A program made the translations under genes and the position numbers. Source: the human T2T-CHM13v2.0 reference genome, Homo sapiens. From it: a stretch of DNA of 64,000 bases. The notes under the pieces are model-generated. The model ran no database searches, was not told where the DNA came from, and was given only the letters and a program-made list of their open reading frames with translations. Location: the NCBI RefSeq assembly GCF_009914755.1, contig NC_060926.1. One strand, written 5' to 3'. This document shows, in pieces, positions 44,642 through 62,400 of the stretch (position 1 is its first letter; the number at the start of each line of letters is the position of its first letter).

Positions 44642-46124
44642 CTACATTGAAATAAGTTGTAGGTTGCATAAAATTTGTTGAACATTTCTGCTTCAACACA
44701 AATTAAGATGAGCACAGTTGAACACAATAATTATTTTACAAAAGTATTATATCATCATCATAACAATTATAGAGGGACATTAAATATCCTGCAGAATCAA
44801 GTACTGACATAATATTTTATTTGTAGCTTTAAAAAAGGTAATATTTTAAAAAACTTATTTGCTGAATGTTTACTCATGGTTAACATCTTTCTTGGTCAAA
44901 ATTGAGGCACTGATTATTATTCTCTACCAAATAATTGTTTCATATAACTGTGATACAGATAACAAAACATGTTGACTTTTATCTCACATTCTCTGTTAAT
45001 TATTATTTGCTTTTCCCCCATTTTTGAGTAGTAAATACTAAGTAAACTGAATAAAAAAATTGACTCCAGATTCAATACATAATATCAGTACAAATAGCAA
45101 AGGTATTTGTCTGTAGGGTCACCCATCACCAAAATGACTCAATCAAAGTTATATATTTACTATGCAGTCTAGTTAAGATTGAAATTAGAAAAGGAGTTAT
45201 TATTTCTACACAAATACTTATTTTGTGATTTGTCAAAAATTACCACATTCTTTGGATAACAAAACAGTAAACAGTGCAAAGGAATTGCTGTTGTTGTTGT
45301 TCTGTTGTCATAGCATTGAGATTTTTGATATGAGCATAAAGCTTCTCACACCAACATTATTCTCTTGAGTTATATACATTAGTATATATTTTGCTTGTGA
45401 GCAGTGATCATGTTTCTTTAGCCTTATTTATTTGCTGCTTTGCCATGTATATATATATGGATGGGCAACATTTGTCATTGCCTCCCTTAAAATAGATTCT
45501 GTTTCAAAAGCTTTAACATGGACTACATTAAAGTCTGATCAAGGTATGCTGAGACAAATCTGTGGATTTGGTTCTGTGTTGTATTGATGTTTGTTTTCTA
45601 TGGCTGTTTATTTTCCAGTCATGTAGAAAGATTCCTAAGAGAATATATTCCAGATTGACTTTTTATGGGTCTTTAGTAGAATCTAGAATGCTATTTCAGG
45701 AGATCTTGGGGTTCATCTGCAGAAACATATCACCTAATTGAAGAGCCCCACTCCTTCTCCAATCATGGACATCTGCAAGTTTAAGATGGTGACCAAAGTC
45801 CTGCACAAAATCTTAAGTATGGTCCTAGAAACTCAGAACCTCTAAGCTTGCTAGTCTCTGAACCTAGAAATATCCATGATCAAGTTAATAGAAGATGGCA
45901 CATTCTAGACAAAAATTTTGTGGAACTTTTAATAATATGATCATGCCTGCTAGTAACAAAAGTTAAAAAAAAATTATCAACAATATAACACATTGTGTGA
46001 TTTAAAACAGAAGTTAGATTAAAGCATATATTAAAATTCAAGCTATATTCCCTTCTCACCCTTATACTGTGGTGAGAATTGTGCAAATAGACTTCTACCT
46101 GTCCTTTGATATTGAAGAAAATGA

Positions 46125-46451
<327 letters not shown>

Positions 46452-46891
46452 CAAATAAAGCTTTTGAAAGAAAAGTTATAGCATTCACATGAGAGGGTTT
46501 TTTTTTTGAAAAATTGTATGCCAAATGTAAGGTTTATTCCATGGTGTAATTTGTAGATAATCTATATAGTACTAACAATATAATTGTACTTTTTTTAACT
46601 ATAGTTCCTCTTTTGTTTTGTAAATTCATTATAAATTGTTTATCAATTATACTGTCATCATTAAAGAATGAGAAAGAAAACTCTCAAGAGCATTTTTAAT
46701 TGTAATGATTTGATTAAACAAGAAGTGCTGTAAAGAAGGTAATGAATCAAGCCTAAACAGCAAAATGGAGTAACTCTTCCAGGATTTATATAAAAGTATT
46801 TATAGATATATTATGGTATGCTTTGTAATTTATGAAAGTAAATTACAATAACACTTCAATCGATTTGTAAAAACATAAACAACAAAAGTAA

Positions 46892-47220
<329 letters not shown>

Positions 47221-50194
47221 ATAGGATTTTTATTAATATAAATTCACATTTAATTGTTTTTAAACTTAATTGCACATTTGTTAGTGAATACATTTCACTT
47301 CACAGTAAAATGTCATCCAAATGCATTTATTTTACTTAATAAGGCTTAAGGAGAAGTTGAACAGAATGTATAATTTCCACATACCCCCTAACTCTCCTCA
47401 CTATTTTTCTAATAATAACATCTGGTATTAATTTGGTGTACTTGTTATGATTGATGAGCCAGTATCAATGCATTATTGACTAATGTCCATAGTTTACATT
47501 AGGGTTCATTCTTTGTGTAGACAAATGAAGAATGACAAGTATCCTCATTAGAGTTTTATAGAGAATAGTTTGATCTAAATATGCATTGTGTTCCAACTGC
47601 CCATCCCTACCCTGGAACTCCTGACAACCAATGAATATTTTAGGATCTTCATACTTTTCCTTTTCCAGAATGTCATTTAGTTGGAAACATGCAATATATA
47701 GTCTTTTGAGACTGGCTTCTTTCACTAAGAAGTATGCATTTAATATTTCTCCTTTTTTTGTGGCTTAATAGCTTATTGTTTTTATTGAAGAATAATATTC
47801 TATTCTATGGACAATATCACAGTTTGCTTATCCATACATCTATCTTGGTTGTTTCTAAGTTTTGGCAATTATGAATAAAATTGCCATAAATATTTTTGTG
47901 CTGGTTAGGTCTATGTTTTCAACCCCTTTGGGTAGATACCAAAGATAAAAATTGTAATCTCATATGGTGAGTGTATGTTTAGTTTTGAAAAAAATTGCCA
48001 GAATGTCTTCCAAAGTGGTTATATAATTTTGCATTCCCACCAGTAATGAATGACAATTCCTGTTGCTCCACCTCTCTCCAGTATTTGGTTTTGTTGATGT
48101 TTTGGATTTTAGCCATTCTCATGCATGTGTAGGTATCTAATTGTCTTAATTTGCAATTCCCTGCTGACGTCTGATATGGAGTATCTCATATGATTATTTG
48201 TTATTTCATGTCTTCTTTGGACAGATGTCTGCTCACATCTACTGCCCATTTTTAAATTGGGTTGTTTGCTATCTTTATGTTGACTTTTAAGACTTCTTTG
48301 TATATTTCAAATATCATTTTTGAGAAATATGTGCTTTATAAATATTTTCTCACAGTCTCTGGCTTGTCTTTTTAGTCTCCTGACAGTGCTTTTTGTAGAG
48401 CAGGTTTTTAATTTTAATAAAGTTCAATTTATAAAATTATTCTATAATAGATTATGCTTTTGATGTTGTATCTAAAATGTCATCATCAAACCCAAAGTTA
48501 TCTAGATTTTCTCCTCTGTTATTTTCTAGGAGTTTTATAATTTTTCATTTTACATTTATATAATTGCAATTTAATTTTTGTGAATGGTATAAAGTCATGT
48601 CATTATTCATTTTTCTGCCTCTGAATTTCCATTGTTTCAGTACACTGTTTTGGAAAGACTATACTTAATTGAATTCCATTTGCTTCTTTTTTAAAAGCCA
48701 GTTAATTGTATTTGTGTGGGTGTATTTCAGGGAATATATCTGTTTCTTGATATGTTTGTCTATTTTCTTGCCAATACCACAGTCTTCATTACCGTAATTC
48801 AAAAGTCTTGAAGTTAGGTAGTATCAGTTCTCCATCTTTGTTCTTCCCTGCAATATTACTGTGGTCATTCTAAGTCTTTTGCTTTTCCACATAAATGTTG
48901 GAAACATTTTGTCAGTATACAAAAAATAACTTATTTTCATTAAGATTTCAGTGAATCTAAAGATCGAGTTGGGAAAAACTGACATTTGATAATATTGAGT
49001 CTTCCTATCCATGTACTAAAATATTTCTCTATTTATTTAGATCTCTAATTTCTTGTGTCAGACTTTCAGTTTTCCTCATAACAATCTTGTACAAATTTGT
49101 TAGATTTATACCCACGTATTTCACTTTTGGGGGTGAAAATAGTTGTTAAGGGTTAAACAGCTTTAAGTTCTACAGTTTTCTCCATTGTAATAACTCATCT
49201 CATTTTCTGTACGCAACTAGAGTTACGTATTATCTAATGTAAATGGGATTATGTTTCTAATTTCAAATGCTAAGTGTTCACTGAAGATACATAAAAACAC
49301 AACTGACTTTTGTGTACATATCTTGTATCCTACAACCTATGATACAAGATTTAATTACTTACTAGTTTTGGCAGGGGCTTTACTTTTCTTTAATCTTTAA
49401 AAAATTTTTTTTATATATTCAAGCATGTCATCTGCAAATAAAGACAATATCTTTCTTTCCTATTTGTAGCTTTTATTTTATTTTCTCATTGCATTAACTA
49501 GAATTTCCAGTATAATGTTGAGTAAGGGTGAGGAGAACAGGCATTCTTGTCTTGTTATTTGTCTTAGCAGGGAAGTATCTAGTTTCTAATTATTAAGTAT
49601 TACATTAGCTGTGGATTTTTATAGATTTTCATTATCGAGTTGACTAAGTTCTCCTCTATTTTTAGTTTGCTGACAGTTTTTCTTGTGAATTTGTTGGGTT
49701 TTTTTTCAAATGTTTTTTCTTACATTTATTGATATAATATTCTTGTAGAATTTGACCAGTTGATAGGATGTATTATATTAAATGATTTTGTAATATTAAA
49801 CAAGCTTTATACACCTAAAATAAATCTTATTTTACCACAGTGTATAATCCTTTTATATTTTATTGTATTTGGTTTGCTAATATTTTGTTGAGGATTTTTA
49901 CATCTATGTTCATTAGATGTATAGGTTTTTTGTTTGCTTGTCTTGTAATGTCTTTATCTGGTTTTGGTATTCGAGTAATGGTTATCTTACAGTAAAAGTC
50001 AGAATGTATTATTCTACTTATTTTTTCTGGAAAAGACTACAGACAATTGTAATTTCGTCCACAAATGTTTGCTGGAATTCACCAGTGAACTCATCTGAGT
50101 CTTGTACTTTCTGTTTTAGAAGGCCATTTTTTTTTAATGGTTCATTTTATTTTTAATGGAAAAGGCTTATTTATATTATGTATATTTATATTAT

Positions 50195-51521
50195 CTAGGT
50201 TGGTGCAAAACTAATTGGGGTTTTGTACTATGAATTTTAAATCATAACTAGACTCAAATGCATCTTTATTAGTTAAAACAGGAACCATTAAAATCAACAT
50301 ATTTTTTTCCAAGGAGAAATAAGTTTGTTTATTTCTGTAGCTTAAAACTCCATTCTTTGGAATTCAGTGAATTCTTGGAAAGCATTTTCTACATCCTGCT
50401 GGTTCTGGAAATATTTTCCCTACAAAAAGTTGTTGAGGGCCGGGCATGGTGGCTTATGCCTGTAATCCCAGCACTTTGGGAGTCTGAGGCGGGTGGATCA
50501 CCTGATGTCAGGAGTTTGAGACTAGCCTAGCCAACATGGTGAAACCGCGTCTCTACTAATAATACAAAACTTAGCCGGGCCGTGGTAGTGCACACCTGTA
50601 ATCGCAGCTACTCGGTTGGCTGAGGCAGGAGAATCGTTTGAACCTGGGAGGTGGAAATTGCAGTGAGCCCAGAGTTGTCGAGTTGTCCAGATGCTCGAAG
50701 AAGTGGTAGTCAGTTGGCAAGATGTCAGGTGAATATGGTGGATGAGGCAAAGGATCAAACTGGCAGCCGACCAACAAGCAGTGTCCATGAACTTTGGTGC
50801 AAGTTTGGCTTTGGGAAGTGTTGTGGAGCTTCTTCTAGATCCAGCCACAGGGCTGGTCATCGCCAGTTGTTGTATAAAATCTACTTTTCATTTCACATCA
50901 CGATCTGATGGAGAAATCGTTCATTGTTGTGTAGAATATGAGAAAACACTTCAAAACGACAATTATTTTTATTTTCACTCAGCTCATGAGACACCCACCT
51001 AATGCGCTTTTTCACCTTTCCAACTTGCCTCAAATGCTGAATGACCATAGAGTGGTCGACGTTGGGTACTTTGGCAACTTCTCCTGTAGTTAGTAGTAAA
51101 AGGATCAGCTTCAATGATTGCTCTCAATTGGTCATTGCTAACTTCCAATGGCCAGCCACTAAACTCCTAATCTTCAAGGTTCTCGTCTCCTTTGCAAAAC
51201 TTCTTGAACCACCACTGAACTGTACATTCGTTAGCAATTCCTGGGCCAAATGTGTCGTTAATACTGTGAGTTGTCTCCGCTGCCTTACCACCCATTTTGA
51301 ACTCAAATAAGAAAATTGCTCAAATTTGTTTTTTGTCTAACATCATTTCTATAATCTAAAATAAATATAAAATAAACAGCAAGTAATAAGTCGTTAAGAA
51401 AAAAATGAGAAATGCACGTTAAAATTATGTATAACATAACCACATTTATTTAAGAATGTATTCCAATATCAAAAGACAAATTTCAACAATGCAAAAACCG
51501 CAATTACTTTTGCACCAACCT
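50195..51521 (-). mobile_element. HSMAR1 mariner DNA transposon (both ITRs, internal deletion, Alu insertion)
   Basis: ITRs TAGGTTGGTGCAAAACTAATTGGGG and CCGCAATTACTTTTGCACCAACCT. Translated remnants [17 protein letters not shown] (YSPDL motif) and WVSHEL (WVPHEL motif). Confidence 0.93.
50438..50669 (+). mobile_element. AluS inserted in HSMAR1, lacking 3' end and polyA
   Basis: GGCCGGGCATGGTGG...TTGCAGTGAGCC, then mariner sequence resumes. TSD-like AGTTGTTGAG/AGTTGTCGAG. Confidence 0.9.
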
Positions 51522-51557
51522 GTTTCTCCTTTTGTGGGTTTCCACAGATTGTGTCTC

Positions 51558-51576
51558 AGAAATTGGTCCGTTTTGA

Positions 51577-51619
<43 letters not shown>

Positions 51620-51638
51620 AAAGAAATTGGTCCGTTTT
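51558..51638 (+). repeat. (TAAA)n tract bracketed by a perfect 17-bp direct repeat
   Basis: AGAAATTGGTCCGTTTT at 51558-51574 and 51622-51638. Confidence 0.95.
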
Positions 51639-51744
51639 ATCTACCTTAGAAAATGTGTGGAGATCCAAATGATTTTTGTCCTTTAGTGTTTATACTTTTA
51701 GTGCTTATTTTTTTCTTTCTTATTTTTTCCTTTTTTCTTTTTTT

Positions 51745-53880
<2,136 letters not shown>

Positions 53881-54774
53881 TATACAAGAATTGATTGTCT
53901 AATTATTAACACATTGATGTCTCAGTTGTTCTGAAATCAAGTGGAAAGCAATATTTTGGATAATTGAATATGCTCTATATCCAAAGCCTAACTCTTTAAA
54001 CTATGAAATTGTATCATTCCAGTTATGTTTAATTGAATTATGATTTTAAAAAAATGTGTACACATCTTTGTTTCTTGAAAAACTATGTGGTAAACATGTG
54101 TTGACTTTTGCTTTATTATGGCAGCACTATCATGGTGAATTTGGAATGAACTATTTAATAAGGAATAATCTGTGGTCTTCACTCAAACTTTTATTCTGTA
54201 GTTGGTGATTCTTCTGCTTTGTCATGGTGACTTAACCTGTTCCCCAGGGCTCTCTACTGTGATTGATAGCTCATCTCAGATCGTATACACAACTAGAGTT
54301 ACGTATTACCAGCCCTCACTAATTTTTTTGGTGGTAACAAAAATGTTTGGTATTGAAGATGTCATTATGTCTTTGCAGAGAATAAATAAACTCTAGGTTT
54401 GAACTATGGTCAGTTTGGATTTTACTAGTAAGAAAATTTCACTGAATTTTAGAGTAGTCCCCAAAGCAGTAGAAATATTCATAGCTCTAAATGCCTTATT
54501 ATTTTCAGCTTGCAAAATATTTAAATAAATATACAGACTGGAGGGTGTTTGAAGAAAAAATATCTACATTCTAATTACTTTTTAGTATCTTTATGAGTAA
54601 GCACTACATTATAAAATTGAAATTAGTTTCATTTATTATATTTCTTGTCATAGAAGTAAGATGAATGAAAATCAACCCATTATTTTCTTAAATGCTTTGA
54701 AATAGTCATCATCGGCAGAACTACCAAGTCCAACAGGCATAGCAAAGCATTATATGCTTAGATAGTTCACGTGG

Positions 54775-56284
54775 TTATTTGAAATGAAAATAAAACATTT
54801 TTGTCCTTGAAACTTAATGCAAATTTTAATATAATTATGGAGGAAGCTATACTAACCTTGATCAACTTATTTGCTTTAATAATGAAATATAATTACAAGC
54901 CTTAATGGCTCATACATAATAAACCCAAATAACTGACATTATTAATTAGAAATTCCTCTTAAAATATCTGAAATGGATTTTTGGTAAAATAATTGATAGT
55001 GGCAATAATGTTGTGAAATCACACAAACTTAAAATGACTTGTAACAAGGAATTTAAACAAGAATTTGATTTTACAGTGTTAGTTTATTACATTACAAATA
55101 ATATAACTTTGCTGTAATATTACTTAACAGTGCTATGCATCTTGCTTATATGATAATTTTATATTAACCAAAGGATACTATTATTTGGCCATGTTAGGTA
55201 AAAGAGTATTTATAGAATATTTTAGCAAATATTTGGGCTTATTCATTTGATTTTAATGTAAAGCTTTGTGAAGAAAAGCAACATGTAGAACAGTTATGGG
55301 TGACTTTGAGAGTGAAGATAGAGGGTCTGACATAAAATTTCTACCCATGCCACTTCTAGGTGTAGGGCCTTGATCAATTAATGCAAGAGAAACCCAAGCT
55401 ATATTGAGACTCCCTAAAAAATGAAGGGTCCTGTGAAGAGAAAGAGAGAACAAGCACCAAGCTGACAGATATGTGAGAAAAGGTGATATCTTGGGAGTGG
55501 ATCTTAATCATTCCATCCCCAACCATTCCATATGGATTAGAGATGAAGCACCCAGACAAGTACATCTCCAAAAATGAAACTCAAAATTGTGAGCAAATTA
55601 AAATTGTTGTTTTAAGCAATTTAGTATTTAGGTACTTCAAAAGGCAGCAATAGATAATTAGAACTACTCTCACCCCCATGAACATCCTTGATGCATGAAA
55701 TGACTTCATTAGAAAGGCCTCTGTACTCAGACCATGAATCAAAAATACTAAAAATTAAGTTTTAAATATCATGATTCCAAAAATAATAAGAGTGTATATT
55801 AATCTTAATTATACAATTTACCTGAGTATTACCCAGCATCTTATTGATGGGAGACTTTATTTCTCGAATTGACTGACAATTGAGTCAGTCAATTTTTGAC
55901 TCTATGTACTTGGCTTTCTCTGAGATCAATTTCCTTCATTTAAATGTTTGCCTTTTGTAATGGCAACTTATAAATCACCATGATTTTAAGTACAAGGAAT
56001 TATTAGAAATTGAAATAACATTTCTATACTTGAAACTCAATGCAAGTTATTATGTAATTATGGAGGAAGCTATACCAACTTCTATCAAGTTAAATTATTT
56101 TCTTTAGTGATGAAATGTAATTATAACTCTTGATACACTCATACATAATAAACTTATTAATAGAAATTCTTATTAAGGATTTATGAAATAAATATTTGGT
56201 AAAATAATTGATAGTCACAATAATGTTGGGAAACAACACAAAATTAAAATGACTTAAAATATTTTTTAAGAGTGTGAATTTACA
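54775..56284 (+). repeat. Old direct duplication, ~300 bp x2 (54775-55075; 56000-56284)
   Basis: Colinear alignment with exact blocks TAATTATGGAGGAAGCTATAC, CTCATACATAATAAAC, TTTGGTAAAATAATTGATAGT. Confidence 0.9.
55400..55648 (+). mobile_element. MLT1J/H-like LTR 3' fragment
   Basis: CAGATATGTGAG...AAAATTGTGAGCAAATTAAAATTGTTGTTTTAAGCA...GCAGCAATAGATAA. Confidence 0.55.
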
Positions 56285-56988
56285 ACATTGTAGAAAAACT
56301 ACTCTTTGAGACAGTATATATTAGATATATTGAAACTGTTTATGCCAAGAAGTCACAACAAAAGGTTATGTGTTCATGATGAAGCAATTTATCACTTCAA
56401 GTAAGTATAAGGAAACTATCTTTGTAAAATTAACAGGGCTATTGTGAAATATAGCCTATTTGAGTTGCAAGATCCAGGCACAAAAAGGCAAATGTCCCAC
56501 GTATAAACAAGTCATAACCAAGTACTTTTAACTTTTAAGGACTTGCATAGAATGGCAAATTTCCTTCCTACTTGTGTGGCCAAGGCTTTCTGGAGATATT
56601 GTACTCCTGTGTGCTAACAAAGAAATGTCAGCCCCCAACTTCACACTGTTTTCAAAGGTAGTCCCAATGGAGTGGAAGAGGCCTTTTTTTAAATCCTTTT
56701 TGCTATTCATCAGGTAGAAGCAGTGGTGCTCATGCATGCTCTTTTCTTTTGTTGTTTCACCAGGAATCGTTACCTGTTGCAGGAAGTATATAGGAAAATT
56801 AGGGACCTGACTTTTAGGTCAGAACACCAGGAAAGGGGACCCATAAAAATTTGAGAATGGGATAGATAGCAGAAGGGATAGAAATGGAAAAAGGGAGCCT
56901 TAAAATTGTTTTGCAACTCATCTTCAAGCTACATGTGCCTGATGATGGATGGAATCAAGCACCAAGTTTTTAGAACTGAACTACTATG

Positions 56989-57308
<320 letters not shown>

Positions 57309-57362
57309 TTACTATGTATACCACTGCCTTGGTCCCAGTATGGCTTTTGAAAAGTACATATG

Positions 57363-57726
57363 TGTATTTGTCCATTCTCACACTGCTATAAGGATACTAC
57401 CCAAGACTGGGTAATTTATAAATAAAAGAGGTTCATTGACTCACAGTTCAACATGGCTGGGGAGGCCTCAGGAAACTTACAATTATGGTAGAAGGGGAAG
57501 AAACACATCTTACATGGCAGCAGATGAGAGAGAGCATACAAGAGCAGGGAAAACTGCCTTATAAAACCACCAGATCTTGTGAGAACTCACTATCACAAAA
57601 ACAGCATGGAGGTAAAACAGCCCCATGATCCAATCACCTCCTACTGGGTCCCTCCCTCAACGTGTGGGGATTATGAGGATTACAATTCCAGATGACATTT
57701 GAGTGGGGTCACAGCCAACCATATCA
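57363..57726 (-). mobile_element. THE1C/D MaLR solo LTR
   Basis: TGTATTTGTCCATTCTCACACTGCTATAAGGA...ACAGCCAACCATATCA. TSD ATATG/ACATG. Confidence 0.88.
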
Positions 57727-57829
57727 ACATGTGTGCCCAACCAGGATAGCAATGCAAAGGATTTGAAAAACAACATTTGTGTGGGAACAATGTCCTCCAG
57801 AATTCAGGTCAGAACTTCAGGTGGACTGC

Positions 57830-58900
57830 CTTCTAAAACAAATAAAAACATATCAATATTCTCAGGAAGATTTTTATAGGTTCCATAGTCTCATAATATA
57901 GTGTTCAAAGTTGCCATGATACAATTCAAGCTATATGACTGACAAAGAACAAGGGAAACCTCAACAACTTGTAAGGAAAAAGCAAATCAACAAACACCAC
58001 CAACAAGATAGCCTGTTCAATTATCAGACATAAATTCTAAAGCAATTATTACTGTCGTCTAACAAGTAAAGACTTTGGGGATGAGTCTGGGGGAAGAAAC
58101 AGTAGATGTTCTTAGCAAAGAAATAAAAGTTATATAGAAGAATCAAATTAAAATTCTAGAACTGGAAAACAATAATGGGAACAAAAATTAACTAGGACAG
58201 AGACAGTTGTCAGTAGAAAAATGGTGATGCTAGAGGAAAAAGTTGGTAAATCTGAAGATAGATCAATAGAAACTAAAATGAAAAACAGAGAAAGTAAAAA
58301 TTAAGAATATAAAAGAAGTGACCTATAGACAATATCAAAGGTCAATATTTATGTTTTTAGAGTACCAGAAGGGGAGGGAAAAAATGGCTGCTGAAAAACA
58401 TAAAGAAATAACAGTTGATACTCTCCAAATTTGATGAAAGACATAAATTCACAGATCCAAAAAGTTCAGTGTACTCCAAACAAATAAATCAAAGAAAACT
58501 AGATCCAGACCTGTTGTAATCAAATTACTAAAAACCAAAAAAAGAAAGGAAATATCTGATAGCATATAAAGGAAAACAAAAACATAATACATACAGATAA
58601 ATAATTATTTAAATAAAGGTGAATTTTTCATCTGAAGCAATAGAGACCAGAAGAGAGTATCAAATTATATTTGAAGTTGAAAAAAATACCTGCCAATCCC
58701 AAATCTTTTGTTCAGAAAAAATATTCTTTAACAATAAAATTTTAAAAGTTAGTTATTTTATGAAGTACAACTAAGAATATTTTTTAATCATAAAATTTGC
58801 TTTTAAAAAAGTAAAAGAAAGCTTTTAATGTGGAAAAGAAATAATAGTAGAGGGAAACAAAATATGAGTAATGAAGAAAGAGCAACTTAAATGACATCTT
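57830..58900 (+). mobile_element. Ancient L1M ORF1 remnant
   Basis: A-rich, with ATTCTAGAACTGGAAA, GAAGATAGATCAATAGAA and CAGATCCAAAAAGTTCAG. Confidence 0.55.
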
Positions 58901-59469
58901 TTTAAACATATTTGCATATATGTTTTATAATATAAATACTATATAAGTATCTTTGTATAATTGAAAAACTACTTACAAATAATTTATATTGACTTGAGTA
59001 TCTGGTCAGGGAAGGTAGAGAAGAAACCAGAATTATTGATTTCTTTTTCAAGAAAAATATTACTTATCAGAGTAATGTTATTTCTCTTCATTACAAGCGA
59101 GTAGTCCTTTAGTTGAAACAAAAAATGTAGGTAACATACCCACTTAATAAAACATTTTTATAATTGAGAATATGGAACAGTATACTTTTAGGAGGAAAAT
59201 GTGAATATATATTTTCGTACTTGCTTATTTGTTCTTAGCTGTTTTTTGGTTGCTTATATGACCAAAAACCAAAACATGAAGTAGAAAAATTGTTACTCAT
59301 ATAAGTGTACAGATTATTTTTATCTAATTTAAGAAAAACATATTGCCGTAACAAGAATTTATTTAAAACTTTTGAATCTCAACAAAGGGAAGACTTCTAC
59401 AGTTGTAAAATGTATAATGGGAGGTTAGAACCAGAAATGTACAGGAGATTCTGATTCAAAATAGGGACA

Positions 59470-62400
59470 GAGGGCAGAGCAAGATGATGAAATAGAAGCC
59501 TATACTATTCATCCCTCACACTGGACACCAAATTTTAACAAGTATCTGCACACGGAAAAGCACTGCCACAGGAACCAAAAATCAGGTGGGCAATCACAGT
59601 ACCCGGTTTTAACCTCATATCATGAAAAGAGGCATTGAGAAGGGCAGGAAAGAAAGTCTTGGTCTCCAATGACACCCCTACCCTATTCTCTAGGAGTTGC
59701 CTAGTGGCATAAAGTGGGAATCTGTGCACTTTGAAGAGGGAGAATAAAGTGACTGGTGGATTTTACACTGAACTCAGTACTGCCCTCAGCCAGTGAATAC
59801 AACTGTGCTGGCCTCAGCCAGTGCTTGCACACAGAGGGAACATTTGGACCAGCCCTAGCCAGAGGGAAATCAACCATGCCAATGGTTGGAACTTGAGCTT
59901 CTCGGCAAGCCTCACCACTGTGGACTGAGGTGCTCTGGGGTTCTAGGTAAATTGAAAGACAGTCTAGGACACAAGGACTGTAATTTCTAGACAACTTGTA
60001 GTGTAGGCTGGGCTTAGAGCCAGTGAATGAGGGTGATATGTGACCTAGGGAGACACCAGCTGGCACAACTAAGGGAGTGTTTGTGCCATTCTTTCCCCAA
60101 CCCCAGGCTGTGCAGCTCACAGCAACAAAGTGACTCCTTCCTTCTACTTAAAGAAAGGAGAGCAAAGAATAAAATAAAAATAACATTATTTTATATCTTG
60201 GATACCAGCTCAGCCACAGTAGGACAGGGCACCTGGCAGAGTCATGAGGCCCCCATTTCAGGATGTAGCTCCCTGGGAACATTTCTAGACACACTCTGAG
60301 CCAAAAGGGAATCTGCTACTTTGAAGGATAGGACTTAGTCCTGGCAGTATTCATCACCTGTTGACTAAATAGCTATTGGTCCCTGAATAACCAACCATGA
60401 TACCCAGTGAGTATGCTATGGGTCTTGGGCACTGAAATGTTCCAGCTTCAGGGATGACCTAGCACATTCCAAACTGTGGTGGCTACAGTTAAATACTTCT
60501 GTTTAATAAAAGCAGAGGGAAAAGTAAAGGAGACTTTATCTTGCTCCCTAGGTACCACCTCAGCCATGTAGGCTCTTGGCATCCCCAAATCCAGGTTGAG
60601 GCTCTTGAGCAGCATTTCTGGATCTACTCTGGGCCAGAGGAGAGCCCACTACCCTGAAGGGCAAGTGCCAGGTCAAGCAGCATTCACCATAAGCTCACTG
60701 AAGAGCCCTTGTCTTTAAGTGAACATTGATGGTGGCCTGGCAGAAGCCCTCATAGACTAGGGGTAGTGGTGGCCACAGGGAGAGGCTCCTCTGCCTATGG
60801 AAAGTGGGGAAGGGAGAGCAGGAAAAACTCTGTATTGTGATTTGAGTGCCAGCTTAGCCACAGCAGAAGATAATATCAAATAAATTGCTCAGGTTTTTGA
60901 CTCCAATTTCCTCACTCCCAAACCGTATCTCTGGAAATGCCTGGGGCCTGGGGGAACTCACTATCCTGAAGGGAAGGGCCTTGAAGAAGGTCCAGTGCTA
61001 CCCTGGCTTCAAGCCTAACCCAGGACCGTCCCAGTGGTGGTGGCCACAGGGGTGCTTTGCATCACCACCACCACTGCCCCCGCCCTCCCGGTTCCAGGTG
61101 GTTCAGTACAGAAAGACAGATTCCATTTGTTTAAAAGAAAGTAAGAGAAATGAACAAGAGTCCAGAGAATTCTTATTCAAGATCACCAAGGTGGTACCTG
61201 TAGGAGTCTCTCAAAACCACAGCATTGTTGAGCCTGGGACTCAAGTCCCTTTGAATAACTGGAAAGCCTTTCCAAGAAGGACAGGCATAAACAAGCTCAA
61301 TCTGAAAACTACAATAATTACATAACTCTTCATTGCCCAGACACTGAGAAACATCTACGAGGATCAACAGCAATACAGGAAAATATGACACCATTAAATA
61401 AAATCAGTAAGACACCAGGGACCACTCTTGGAGAAATACACACATGTTATCTTTCAGATTGAGAATTCAAAATAGGCCTTTTGAGGAAACTCAAAGAACT
61501 TCAAGATAACACATAGAAGAAATGTAGAATTCTATGAGATACATTTAACAAAGAAATCAAAATAATTAAAAAGAATGAAGCAGAAATTCTAGCGTTGAAA
61601 AATGCAACCAAAATGCTGAGGAACACATCAGAGTCTCTTAATAACAGAATTGATTAAGCAGAAGAAAGAATTACTGAACTTGAAGTTAAGCAATTTAAAA
61701 ATACAAAATCAGAGGAGACAACAGAAAGAAAAAAAAAAAAAACCAAAGAAGCAAACCTACAAGACCAAGAAATTAGCCTTAAAATGCCAGATCTAAGAGT
61801 TTTGACCTTTAAGAGGAGGTAAAGAAAAATACAGGTGTAGTAATATTATTCAAAAGGATAATAACAGAACTTCCCCAACCTAGTAAAGGATATCAACATC
61901 CAAGTACAACAAGGTTATAAAACACCAAGCAGATTTAACCCAAAGAAGACTACCTCAAGACATTTAATAATGAAATACCTAAAGGTTAAGAATAAAGAAA
62001 GAATCCTCAGAACAGCAAGAGAAAGGAAACAAATAACATACGAGGGAGCTCCACTACATCAGAGGCAGCAGAGTTTTCAGTGGAAACATTACAGGCCAGG
62101 GGAGTGGCATGACATATTTAAAGTGCTAAAGAAAATAGTCTTTTACCCTAGAATAGTATATCCAGAGAAAATAGCCTTTAAACATGAAGGAGAAATAAAG
62201 AACTTCACAGGCAAAAAAAAAGTTGAGGGACTTCATCAACACCAGAACTGTCCTGCAAGAAATGCTGAAGGGAGTTCTTCAATATGAAAGAATAGGATGT
62301 TAATGAGCAATAAGAAATATCTGAAGTTACAAAACTCACTGGTAAGAGTAAACACACAGAAAAACAGAAGAATAGTATAACAGTGTAACTATGTTATATA

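Larger units (their letters stand above)
47335..51660 (-). mobile_element. L1MC1/2-like LINE (3'UTR + ORF2 part), interrupted by a 98-bp insert, HSMAR1 and a tail-only insertion
   Basis: GTCCATAGTTTACATTAGGGTTCA 3'UTR motif and antisense ORF2-like sequence that resumes after HSMAR1. Confidence 0.75.
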
